Below are positions 36,720 through 47,705 of a stretch of 64,000 bases of DNA, piece by piece. The stretch is from Vicugna vicugna (lineage: Eukaryota), in the NCBI GenBank assembly GCA_013265495.1, contig MU058844.1, positions 12,918,184-12,982,183 of the forward strand. Direction: 5' to 3'. Numbering within the stretch: position 1 is the stretch's first letter; each line of letters begins with the position of its first letter. The translations under genes and the position numbers were made by a program. The notes under the pieces were generated by a model, which had not been told where the DNA came from, did no database searches, and was given only the letters and a program-made list of their open reading frames with translations.

Positions 36720-37560
36720 TGCAGCTTGCGACCGGGGCTAAGCCCTCCCCATCAGTCCTGCATCCTCAAAGAGAACAGCTGACGGAGAGTGGACAGAATA
36801 TATGAGTCGAATTCAGAGGTTTTGCTACGGAACAATGAACTTTTGACCGGGGTTGGGAACGAACCGAATTCTAGCAGCGGTGCCTAGTCCTTCCACTGTC
36901 ATGCCGACTTCCTGAGAGAAAGTTTCCTGGGAGACGGAGAGACTTGGTGGCAGCTGAAGTCACTGGAGGAGAATGAATTCACCTAGGGGGATGCGGAAGG
37001 GCTTGCGGCTTCCTCTCCAGGGACAGCTCCACGATAATCGCGAGCTCTTTTCTATCCTCGCGGGCTATTGGGCTGCTAGCCCAAATCGGCGGAACGGCGG
37101 GGCTTTTCCGTGAGCAGGCGGAAGGGCAAACGCCTCGCCCAACCAACAAGTCGCGCTACCACCAACTTCCTGCCTCCAGCCCGCCCCTTCCGCTTCCGGC
37201 TGCGTCCCGCCCTGCTGTCCCGCCCCGCTGTCCCGCCCCGGTGCGTCCTGCCCCGGTGCTTCCCGTCCCATTCTCTGCCGAAGGTTCTGGGGTTCTGCAA
37301 GCGGCGACCGGAAGCGGCCCGAACCCAAAGGTTATGGCAGCTGCGTGTTCTTTGAAGGCGGCGTTGCAGGTGGCGAAAGTGCTAGAAACCATCATGAGCT
37401 GCTGCGTGGGGCCGGAAGGGCGGCAAGTTATGTGTACGAAGCCCACCGGCGAGGTGCTGCTCAGCCGGGATGGAGGCCGCCTCCTGAAGGCGCTACACTT
37501 AGAGCATCCTTTAGCCAGGTACCTGCGTCGCACACCCAGCCCGTTAGAGCGTCCCGTAGC
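36720..37560 (+). promoter_or_regulatory. CpG-island, TATA-less promoter of BBS10
   Basis: Abrupt CpG/GC enrichment; reverse CCAAT (ATTGG 37066-37070); ETS/GABPA-type cores (ACTTCCTG 37165-37172, CTTCCGCTTCCGG 37187-37199, CCGGAAG ~37308); multiple CCCGCCC GC boxes. Confidence 0.85.
37334..37518 (+). CDS. BBS10: BBS10 exon 1 coding part (BBSome assembly chaperonin-like protein)
   Basis: gttATGg in good Kozak context; [61 protein letters not shown](R); cag|gtacct donor; matches the group II chaperonin N-terminal GP.G / EHP.A motifs. Confidence 0.95.
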
Positions 37561-37950
37561 CAGGAATTCACATCCTGCACTCCAGCCCATAGATAGGCAC
37601 CCTAGGCCATCTCCCTGAACTTCCTGTCCCTGAGGCTGTGCTCCTGGAAAAACTGACCTTGGATGAGACGAGTGTATGCTCAGAATTAGAGCGCTGTCCA
37701 AGGGACCATTCCCAGACATTAAATCTTTAACTGACAAGAACAGTTTTCACCACTCTCATTCCGGGTCGACCCAACCCTAGAATGTTGAATTAGAGCAAAG
37801 TAACTTGAAAAAGGAAAAATCTTAAACTAAGTATACCAAACGGACAGTTTTCGCGTTTTATGCCTATAGCTGTGAAAACATGGTTTCAACTTGATTCAGA
37901 TGTAGGAAGGCAGCCCTCTGAAAATCTGAATTGCTTTCTCTCTTGTACAG

Positions 37951-39916
37951 GATGATGGTGGCATGTGTTTCCAGTCATCTCAGAAAAACGGGAGATGGTG
38001 CTAAAACATTTATTATCTTTCTTTGCCACTTACTCAGAGGACTTCATGCAATCACAGACAAAGAAAAGGATTTTTTCTTTTCTGAAAATATTCAAACCCA
38101 TGGAAACCATTGGAAAAATTGTTGTCAGTGGAAATTCATTTCCCAAGCTCTTCTAACATTTCAGACACGAGTATTAGACTATGTTGTGGACCACTACCTG
38201 AGTAGACACTTTTTGTCCATCTTTTCTTCATCCACTAAAGAGAGAAGATTGTGTAGGAACTCTTTAGAGATGCTCTTAGAAGCATACTTTGGTGGAAGAG
38301 TGGGAAGAAATAATCACAAGTTTATTTCACAATTGACGTGTGACTACTTTTTCAAGGGTATGGCTTGTGAAAGTGCGTTTGAGGAAGTATTTGAGTTAGT
38401 GGATGACTGTTTTGTCGAGTTGAAAGTTGGTGTCACTGGCCTCCCTGTTTCAGAGTCCAGGATCGTAGCTGGGCTTGTGCTTCACAGAGACTTTTCTGTG
38501 TACTGTCCAGCAGATGGTGATGTAAGAATAGTGATAGTAACAGAAACCCTTCAGCCTCTTTTTTCAACTTCTGGATCAGAGTTTATTCTAAATTCAGAAG
38601 CACAGTTTCAGACATCTCAATTTTGGATTACAGAAAGGACAAAAGCAATAATGAAACATTTACAGAGTCAGGATGTAAAATTACTCCTATCCAGTGTGAA
38701 ACAACCAGACTTAGTAATTTATTATGCAGGACTGAATGGCATATCCGTGGTGGAGTGTTTATCATCTGAAGAAGTTTCTCTTATCCAGAAGATCATTGGT
38801 CTTGCTCCCTTTGTACTACCGCAGGCCTCTTCACAACATGAAGTCTCTAGCACTGCTTTGGTGAAATTTTGTAAGCCCCTTATTCTTAGATCCAAAAGGT
38901 ATGTTCATCTTGGCTTGATTAGCACGTGTTCATTTGTACCACACTGTATAGTTCTTTGTGGACCAGTGCAGGGTCTTGTTGAACAACACAGTGATGCTTT
39001 ACATGGAGCATTTAAAATGCTTCGGCAGTTATTTAAAGACCTTGATCTAAATTATATGACTCAAGCTAGTGACCAAAATTGTACTTCAGGTCCTCTTATT
39101 TATAAGAATAGTGGAGAAAGTAATCAGTTACCAGAAATTGTTAATGGTTCAATACAAAGGCCATATCAGGGCACAGTTGTAAAGAACAAAGATGAACTGG
39201 CAAAATCTCAAACATATTTAAAAGTATATTCAAACTTGGTAGTTCCAAACATAGAATTAGAAACACATACCCCATGTTCAACACTAGAAGTGACACCAAC
39301 AGATGAAACACTGAGATGTTTATCTCCAAACGAAGCCATGATAATTGATGACCATGAACCACTTATTGAAAATAATTCTGCCAACTCAGCAACAAAAAAC
39401 ACTGGAATAGACATTTATTATGAAAATTTGCAGGTCACAAAAATTGCTGGAAAGGGGGGCATGTTACCAGTGAGATGTACGTCACTAGAAATGAGTACTT
39501 CCCCGAGTTACTGTTTCTCATCTATACCAGCTGGTTGTGTTTTGCCAGTGGGTGGTAGTTTTGAGATCTTGTTACATTACTATCTTCTTAACTATGCCAA
39601 AAACTGCCAGCAATCAGAAGAAGCCATGGTTAGTATGATAATAGCTAATGCACTTTTAGGCATTCCTCAAAGTTTGTATAAGTCTAAGAAAGGAAATTAC
39701 CGCTTTCCACAAATTTATGTAAGAGCTCTCCGTGCGCTGCAAACCAATCAGCCCATAATAAGCAGTCAGACAGGTTTGGAATCAGTTGCTGGTAAATACC
39801 AATTACTAAGTTCAGTTCTTCAGTGTTTGACAAAAATCTTAACCCTTGATTTGGTAATCAGTATTAAAAGACAACCTCGGGAAATTTCTGATCAAGATTC
39901 AGAAGAGGAACTATAA
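37951..39916 (+). CDS. BBS10: BBS10 exon 2 coding part; spliced protein 716 aa
   Basis: ctttctctcttgtacag| acceptor; phase matches exon 1 (AG|G = Arg); contains the chaperonin-like GDGAKT motif; ends DQDSEEEL then TAA; two-exon structure as known for BBS10. Confidence 0.97.
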
Positions 39917-40749
39917 AATTGGAAGTTTTTTATTAACTCAAGTTTTAATCCAACTCAAGCCATAAAACAAAGCAGGATGTGACCGCTGATTCTCAAGTCA
40001 GTTCAGTCTAGTTAGGAAAACAGCGTAACGTTGAAAGTCTTTAGAAGTACACCAAGGCCAGTGGACATTCAGACAAAATATTAGAGACTACATTATGGAA
40101 CAGTTCTGAGGAGGAAGCCTTCTGCATGAGTGAAGCCAAGATCTGAGTAAGTGTCTCTTCCCCCTCAGTGTCCCTACATGTTAGTCTGTGTATTTGGGAA
40201 AGGGTGTTTCCTTGTAGGTCCTTTTTACTTTTCTGTGTCTCTTTTCACTCTTCATCTCTTCTCCCTTGCCTTTCTATATTTACTTAATAGAATAATTTAG
40301 TCTCAGATTTGGGTGGATTCGTCAAATGCTATCCTATTTTAATCGTTCATGATCTAAAACATTGTTTGGTTCAATTAAAATAATTTATTTTCCCTACTCA
40401 TAATTTCTAAAGCAATGAGTAAAAGTCTCATTTTTTTCTCAAACAGTATATAAATTAAATTAGTTTTTACTTTTATTTGGCCCCTTGTTTTTTTACACTT
40501 TGTGTGGAAAAGCCTAGATGGATTTTTTTTCACCGTTCATACACCATTGAGGATGTTACCAGAAATGTGACTTTGTGCATTGTGAACTTGTTTTCATTTC
40601 TTTAGTTGAAAGTTAATTCCAAAAAGGATATGAAGTTCATGCTGTGATTTTCTCTTTTCCTGTAGAGTTTGAAAAAAATAATCCATGTATTTGCTGGTTT
40701 TTCTATTTGATGCATAGCCAGTTAATAATAACAAGTAATTTGAGAATTG

Positions 40750-41070
40750 CAGTCAGCCCTCCGATCTTGTGTTCTGTATCCACAGGTTCAACCAACCGTG
40801 GTTTGAAAATATTCAAGGAAAAAAATTCCAAAAAGTTCTAAAATGCAAAACTTTTAACTTGCGAGGTCCAGTGGCAACTATTTACATAGAATTTATATTG
40901 TGTTAGCTATCATAAGTAATCTAGAGATGATTTAAAGTACACAAGATGATGTGCGTAGGTTATATGCAAATGCTATGCCATTTTGTTTATAAGGGACTTG
41001 AGCATCCACAGAGTTTGATTTTGGCAGGGAGTTCTGGAACTAGTCTGCCTTGGATACTGAGAGATGACTA
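40750..41070 (+). mobile_element. Tigger3a/MER2-type non-autonomous TcMar element in the BBS10 3'UTR
   Basis: cagtcagccctcc...ttcaaccaaccgtgg...taatctagagatgatttaaagt...ggatactgagagatgact; terminal inverted repeats still recognisable. Confidence 0.8.
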
Positions 41071-41240
41071 TATTAAAATATGAATTTTTAGTGGTTATAT
41101 TTTATTTGAAAGGTTTACAAATGCAAATAATAGTGTGCATCTAGCCATGGATATAAGGACAGTGTCTTCTACTTTTAGTAGTTCTCTGTAACACCCAGGT
41201 CAGTAATGTGTTCATACCAAGTGTTAAGAATTGCTTGTTG

Positions 41241-41246
41241 AATAAA
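41241..41246 (+). terminator. Probable poly(A) signal of BBS10 (3'UTR ~1.3 kb)
   Basis: AATAAA followed by T/GT-rich sequence; first canonical hexamer I saw after the stop. Confidence 0.6.
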
Positions 41247-42324
41247 ACTGTTACCTTTACTCTATTCTGAATATGTGTTTACAGTTTACTAATTTGACAG
41301 ATTCTTACTGAGTGCTTACTGTGTGCCAACTGCTGGATATAATGTGATAAAACAAATAGATATGGTTCCTGCCTTCATGCAGCTTTCCTCATAGATCAGT
41401 GAATAGATGCGTGACACTACTTGGATTGAGATTAAATTTAGGAAAACCAATTTTTAAAATTTAATTACAGTTAAATTTGAAACAGTGATGACTAGAGGTG
41501 TTTTTAAAACTAATATCCTATTATGCAGATCTCACAATCTTTATATTAAATATAATTTTATTTTTGTAAGGCTTATGCTATGTGATGATATCATTTCATA
41601 TCTGTGATTATGGAGAGAATATATTAGTTCTATTTCTTATACTGAATTCATAAATACGTGAACCTACCTGTAATTTTTTCCATTTACTTTTTTAAATTGC
41701 CTGTCAGTTTACTTGATAGTTTTGCTTTATTTTGTTGTTGTTGTTTTAAATATTTCTCCATCACTAAGAGCATTCACAGACTTTTCCCAGGCATGCCCAG
41801 TGCCTTGCTTTGTTAGGCATTTTATAGCTATAAATAATTAGTAGCCCAGGAGCCTCTTTGTAAGCTGGGAATGGGTCTTTGTGTGTTTGGTGCCTAATGT
41901 AATATCGCACACAGTAGTAGCCAATAAATGTCTGTTGAGAAACTCGTTGGTCCTTGGAGATGAGGTCATAATTTTTTTCTAACAAATTTTCATGGAAAAG
42001 GATCTATTTTGTGGGGGAAGAAGCAGAAAATGTAGGCAAAGTCTACACAAAGCAATCTTTTTTTCTTTTAATTAAAAATTCCTCAAAAATGATGATAACA
42101 CTTTCGTGGGTTATCTTTATCATTTATAAAATAACACCAGTGAGTTTACAATACTGGGTTAGATAACAGAGCACTTTAAAATGATAATTACATTGTACTT
42201 AAACCCACTTCCACAAAGGATTTGAGGTGACCTGCAACAAAAACAGACAAAATTACAGTAAAATCTGAATAAAAATGGAAAACTCAAGAACAAAGAAAAT
42301 GTAAAGATAATTAGAAGTCAAGAC

Positions 42325-42610
42325 CATGTCCTGTTTTTATTGCTGCATATTGAACAACCTCAAAACTCGCTTGATTTAAATCACTGTTTTATTACTTCTC
42401 ATGGTACTGGGAGTTGCCTGAGTTTAGCTGGACAACTTTCACTGTATTCTGTTGATTGAAGCAGTCACAAAGGTCAGCTGAAGTTCAAGAGGAGGGAACA
42501 CAGGCCCCACCACTCAATGGGAAATGTCAGTGTCACATTATAAGAAGAGCATGTGAGATGAGATATGCTGAGGCAGCTATCTTTGGAAAACAGAATCTGC
42601 TCCACCATGG
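42325..42610 (-). mobile_element. MLT1 LTR fragment
   Basis: tattgctgcat...ttcaagaggagggaacacaggccccaccactcaatggga...ctatctttggaaaacagaatctgc. Confidence 0.6.
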
Positions 42611-43036
42611 GAGAGAAAAGAGGACAGATACGTGCTAACTTCCCAGCTGAGTTTTTTATTATTATTTTCTGAAGTTACATGTCAGTCTACCTCTCACAAA
42701 CACATTTCCCCAATAACTTTAATGAACTCCTTATTTTTAATCCCTGGGCCAGCACAAGGCATTTTTATTCCCCAAACAATAGGCATTAAATAGTTGAACA
42801 TCTCTGAACTGCTTTGGCCAGGAAGCTATTTAACCATGTTACACTGGAAGTGTCATGGTATCCATGTTTTAGACTAAAAGGGGTGGGGGGAGGAATGCAA
42901 TTTGAGGCTGAACTTTTATCAGTAATTACTCATCCCCTCCCAAAAGGAATAGACTATGTCTTTCGCATCATCACAGCACAGCAGAGAAGACAAAAACTAC
43001 AATTCAAGGGGGGAATACAAGTATGTATACATTTAC

Positions 43037-43064
43037 GTGTGTGTGTGTGTGTGTGTGTATGTGT
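43037..43064 (+). repeat. (GT)n microsatellite
   Basis: (GT)11 plus a short interrupted tail. Confidence 0.9.
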
Positions 43065-44378
43065 CTAGTGGTTTGTTGCAGCTTTGTACGTAGCAAGAGA
43101 TCGGTAACAACCTAAACTCTGGATGGATACAGAAACTAAATGGTGTGGGGGCAGTGACTAGGGAGAAAACATGCACAGGGAAGAGGTGTGAGAAGGTCAT
43201 TTCTCAGTATATACCTTATGCCATTTTGATTTTTCAGCCATTTGAATACGACTTACTCAAAAATGAAATAAAATTTTAAAAAGTATATTTAGAGCAAGCA
43301 CATAAAGAATGCCCCCCAAATAGCAATAAAGTGATAAGGATCCTGATCTAAGGAAACCCAAGATCAGCATGAAAGAAAAACTATGTGAAAGACACAGCAA
43401 TGGATCAATAGAACTTTTACAAAAGAAAAGAGATACAATCAAAAGAGGTTATATTCCCTTAGCTGTACCTGGCTAGGATTTTCTCAGCAATTCTGGAAGC
43501 ATTCTCCCTTAGGCTACTATGGGCCAAGAAGTGTCTACTAGCACGATGGCATTCATTTCCTCAGGGAATTTCCAGCCCTGGGGCTGGTTCCCTCTCATGC
43601 AGACTCATCAACAGATTTTGTGAGCACTTTGAGAATGGCTCTGTCTCAGGGGCTGACTCAAATCAAACTTGTGAGTGTGATCAGTTTATTTACAATGAGA
43701 ACTGTCCCAGGAACTAGAATTTCCCAAGTCCATCTGACCAGTCTTTATGTGTGGACCTATATGTGGGAAGTCAAATAATAATCGGGTTGTTTGCTCAGTA
43801 AGCTTGGACTCAGAACAAGAGAAATCAGATTAACAGCATCAGCCTCCTCCCAACCTGTTATGCTCTAGTTCCCCAGTGCTCTGGCCTGGCCCTATTCACC
43901 TCCTCTTGCTTCCTGTGGGATTCTAGCCAGTTCCATCACTTGGGTGCCACTACATGCAGATGATTCCAAATTTTGTATTTCCAGCCATCCTCTTCTGTGA
44001 ACTCCCAACTCATCAAATTCCCATCACAGTCTGGATGCTCACGCATAACATGTCCAAAACAGGATTGCTATTCCCCATCCCCTGAACCTGGCCCTTCCCC
44101 TGCTGTCCCATCTCAATTAATGGCATCATCAGTCTGTCACTTGCTCAGGACAAAAACCTGCACGACATCTTGGCTCAAGTCTTTCTTTTACAGCCCACAG
44201 CCAGTCTATCAGCAAATCTTGCTGGTTCCACACATAAAGTAGATTTCAAATTCACTTTTTTCTCACTCTTGTCGTTCAGCTCAAATCGCTTCATGTTGCA
44301 CCTGCAACAGCCTGCTATTGGTCTCGTTGGCTTCTATCTCACCTTGTACTTCTCTAGATTGATTTCCCCCCCAACTTC

Positions 44379-44506
44379 TTTGGGGGGGATGTGTAATTGG
44401 GTTTATTTATTAAATTAATTTATTTTTGTAATGGCGGTACTAGGGATTGAATCCAGGACCTCGTGCATGCTAGGAACATACTCTACCATTCAGCTACACC
44501 CTCCCC
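44379..44506 (-). mobile_element. tRNA-derived camelid SINE (vic-1-like)
   Basis: Reverse complement GGGGAGGGTGTAGCTGAATGGTAGAGTATGTTCCTAGCATGCACGAGGTCCTGGATTCAATCCCTAGTACC with A and B boxes, then an AT-rich tail. Confidence 0.8.
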
Positions 44507-44904
44507 TCCCAAATTTTTATTTAAAAAAAATTTAACTCCACAGGAAAGTTGAAAAAGCACAATGAACACCCACATACCCTACCTCTAGATTCACCAATTA
44601 CCATTTTACCCTTTGTACGTGTGTGTGCAAGTGCACACACACACATTACTAACCATGTGAAAGCAAGTTATATCCCTGAATATCTCAGTATGTATTTCCC
44701 ATGAACAAGGACTTCCCCTCCATAACTGAATGATTTTTAAATGCAGATTATGTCATGTCATTCCTCTGCTCAAGGTCCTCCAAAGGTTTTTCCTTCACAC
44801 AAAATAAAATCCAAATTTATCATAGTCTGTGTGATCTGTCCCCTGCTTATCCCTTATCTCATCTCCTGCCACTCTGCCTCTAGCTCTCTCCCCACCAGTT
44901 ACTC

Positions 44905-45345
44905 TATAAGTCAGGGCAGGTTTTGCCATACTGAGGTAACAAATAACTACAGATCTCAAGAGGCTCGACACAAATTGATTTCTTGCTCACAGTCATGTCT
45001 GTTGAAGGTTAGCTGGGGAATCATACCACCCTGTATCTTCCCCACTGCTAGATCGAGGATGATGGAGCAGTTACTGTCTTGGACATTACCAATCATCGAG
45101 AGAGAGAGAGAGAGGGAGAGGGAGAGAGAGAGAGAGAGAAGAAGGAGAAGAAGAAAAGAGAAGAAAAGAGATCTAGAGAGTCTTGCATTGGCTCTGTTTA
45201 TAACTGTCACGTGTCACTTCTGCTTGTGACTCACTGTCCAGAAGTAGTCATATGGTCATACCCATCCACAAAGAAACCAGGTAGTGCAGTCCTGCCTTGT
45301 GCCTGGAAAGAGAGAGAACCAGAACATTTGGCAAATAGCACTCAT
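44905..45345 (-). mobile_element. MLT1 LTR nested in L2
   Basis: tataagtcagggcagg...gaggtaacaaataac...gtcacttctgctt...gaacatttggcaaatagcact. Confidence 0.6.
45098..45171 (+). repeat. Polypurine (GA)n/(GAA)n microsatellite
   Basis: 74 consecutive purines. Confidence 0.95.
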
Positions 45346-46934
45346 GAGTACCCAGGCTGGCCTTCTTTCTGTTCCTTGCACACACAAGTTCATTCCAACC
45401 TCTGAGTTTTCCACTTGCTGTTCTGTCTGCTTAAAATTCTTCCCCTCTGATCTTCATATGACTCACTTCCTCACTTGATTGAAGTGTTTCTACTTTAATG
45501 TCACCTCCTTATAGAGATGCCTTTCTTGACCTTTCAGTGTAACAATACCATATTCCTTCCCATGACCTCCCTTGTTCACTGCTTTTCTACCTCGTTAAGC
45601 TCTTTTTGAAGCACATATCTGATGTTGTTAGTGTGTGTCTTTGTTTTTTGCATTGACTGCCTTCCCAAATAGAATGTAAACCCCATGAGGACTTTGACTT
45701 TTTCGCTTCCATACTTCCAGCATGTAGGAGAGTGCCTGGCCAACTAGGCACTCAGTAAAGTTCAGTGAATGAATGAGTGAATGAATGAATAGGAATGGAT
45801 CAATTGAAAGACTGACCGAGGCTGCCTTCTCTTGAGCAGTGACCAAGTAGATCCAACTAACATTTGCCTCGGTGACTCCACTCTGTTTGGTCTCCAGCAC
45901 TGCCCAAACTCTGATGGACACAATTTCTTTTTAAAATACTAAAGCACAACAGAGTTCTGACAACCTGGAAGCCATTCTCTTCCCTTCAGGTGACTTAGCA
46001 TGTCTCTGTTGTAAACAGTCATTTGTTCATTTTAAAGAGTTGCTGTCAGTCAGAAATTTTATTCCCTAGTCTGTGCTGAAAGCCTCCATGTAGCCTTATG
46101 TATTGATGACATGTTGTATTATGGCTGAATTACACTTATGCTTAGGCTAACAGTCTGGTAAATATGTATTTTCTTGCAGTCTCTGTCCTTCCCAACTACT
46201 CCTTTGGATATTTGTGTTCAGCACGAAGTAAAATCACCAATGCCAGATCTTATTGTAAATAGACATCTGGGTGAAAACCTGCCTGATCGTAGCAGCCACG
46301 GTTCTTGTGCCCAGAATAAACACACCTAGTTCGTGATTGGATGTGCTCCATAAACTCCTGGGGTGGGTTCCATTATCTGTCCCCCTATGCAGAGAAATCC
46401 CTGCTGCAGCAACAGAAATGTCCATTTTCTTCAAACGGGGGGCCCCATGGTATATTTACTCTTAATACATACTCCAGAAGTACGTTTATGTGTAACTTCT
46501 TGAGTCTTCACTTGTGTTTCTGTCACAATTTTCACATCATTGTGTACTTAATAAACTCCTATACTGGATTCTTCTAATTTGCATTATATGTCTTAAAATA
46601 TACATTAACTTGCAATATAATTAGTCTTAGTAGTTAGTTAGGGTTTCTTATACAATCCTTCAGATAGTAATTCCTTCCAGAGCATTAGCACGTGATAACT
46701 TGGGCATAACTTGAGAAGGGAGTTTTCTAATGTGCTCCTTGAGAAAACGTTGGTCATTTGGGGGAAAAAAGCTCGTTTTGTATTTCTATTGTTTGCAGTA
46801 TTTTACTCTAACCTCTAACCTGAGAAGTGAAAAAGGGTATCTTTTATGTATGTATCGGAAGAAACAAAATGAACCGTACAGTGAAGACAAAATTGGAACA
46901 TTTTGAAAATTGCGTTTCTGTTCTAAACTTCGAG

Positions 46935-47165
46935 GCACTGTATAGTGGAAAGAACATAGTACTAGAAGTCAAGCAGACCAGTATTGCCATCCTGGCTCTA
47001 CCAGTTACTATTTGGGTAACTTTGGACACTTGCTAAATACCTCTTCTGCCTTAATAATAGTACCTACCTCACACAAGTGTGGTGAAGACCAGTGAAGATG
47101 TCTTATGAGAAGTGCCTACACAATGCCTGCCACGTTAAGTAGGAGCTTCATAGATATTAGCTTTA
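46935..47165 (+). mobile_element. MIR
   Basis: gtatagtggaaagaacata...cctggctctaccagttacta...aataatagtacctacctcac...aatgcctgccac. Confidence 0.75.
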
Positions 47166-47322
47166 TTTCTTCCTTTGGTTGCCCATACATTTTAAACTTC
47201 TCCTTCCTTCCTCCAGTTGTTCGGTTACGCTAGGTATCCGGTGCCCTACATGGAAAAAAGCTGAGGCCTGTGGGACTTAAGCCAGCATGGACTGTGGATA
47301 TCATAGGTACAGTAGAAATTTG

Positions 47323-47705
47323 CTGTGGCAGATTCTGTTTTCTCCCGTATTTCCCTTGCCATATGCTCTTCTTACAGTGTGGCCTTGACACTCCTCCCAT
47401 GGAGCGGTGGAATCTAAGTCCCCTTTCCTTAAGCCTGGGTGGGCCCTTGTGACTGCCCTGCCCAACAGACTATAATGGAAGTGAAACCATGTGACATCTT
47501 AGATCATAAAAGGCAGCCTGTTCGTTCTCTTGGAACTCTTACTCTTGAACCCAACTACCGTGCTGTAAGGAAGCTCAAGCAGCCTGAAGAGAGGCCCAGG
47601 TGGAGAAGAAGCAAGGCCTTAATGCACAGCTTTGGTGAAGTTTCCAGCCAACACGTATCAACCTTCCTTCCAGTCATTTGAGTGAGTCTTTGAAGTGGCT
47701 CCTTC
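47323..47705 (+). mobile_element. MLT1 LTR fragment
   Basis: tgtggcagat...gacactcctcccatggagcggtggaatc...cttgtgactgcc...gctgtaaggaagctcaagc. Confidence 0.7.

Larger units (their letters stand above)
43870..45790 (+). mobile_element. L2 element fragmented by nested insertions; ends in a (TGAA)n tail
   Basis: gcagatgattccaaa...tgtccaaaac...; tcatgtcattcctctgctcaa; gtgcctggc...gcactcagtaaa...tgaatgaatgagtgaatgaatgaat. Confidence 0.7.

Noticed and set aside
36818..36835. Possible RFX X-box (TTTGCTACGGAAC) upstream of the ciliary gene BBS10
   Set aside because: Both half-sites deviate from the GTTGCC-ATGGCAAC-type consensus; too weak without ChIP or conservation data
37241..37333. Open frame upstream of the BBS10 ATG (possible GTG-initiated extension)
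   Set aside because: Expected in GC-rich DNA; the ATG at 37334 has a strong context and the extension derives partly from the promoter repeat
37156..37737. 193-aa minus-strand ORF over the BBS10 promoter and exon 1
   Set aside because: Starts at a non-ATG codon and lies in a stop-poor CpG island antisense to a real exon; no recognisable domain
39899..39916. BBS10 C-terminus SEEEL resembling a KDEL-type ER retrieval signal
   Set aside because: No signal peptide; BBS10 is a cytosolic/basal-body protein, so the motif would not reach the ER lumen
44435..44506. tRNA-like sequence on the minus strand
   Set aside because: It is the head of a SINE: degenerate B box, AT-rich tail, no intact cloverleaf that I could build
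44741..45405. ORFs with ERERER/RRRR runs
   Set aside because: Translation of the (GA)n microsatellite inside L2/MLT1 relics
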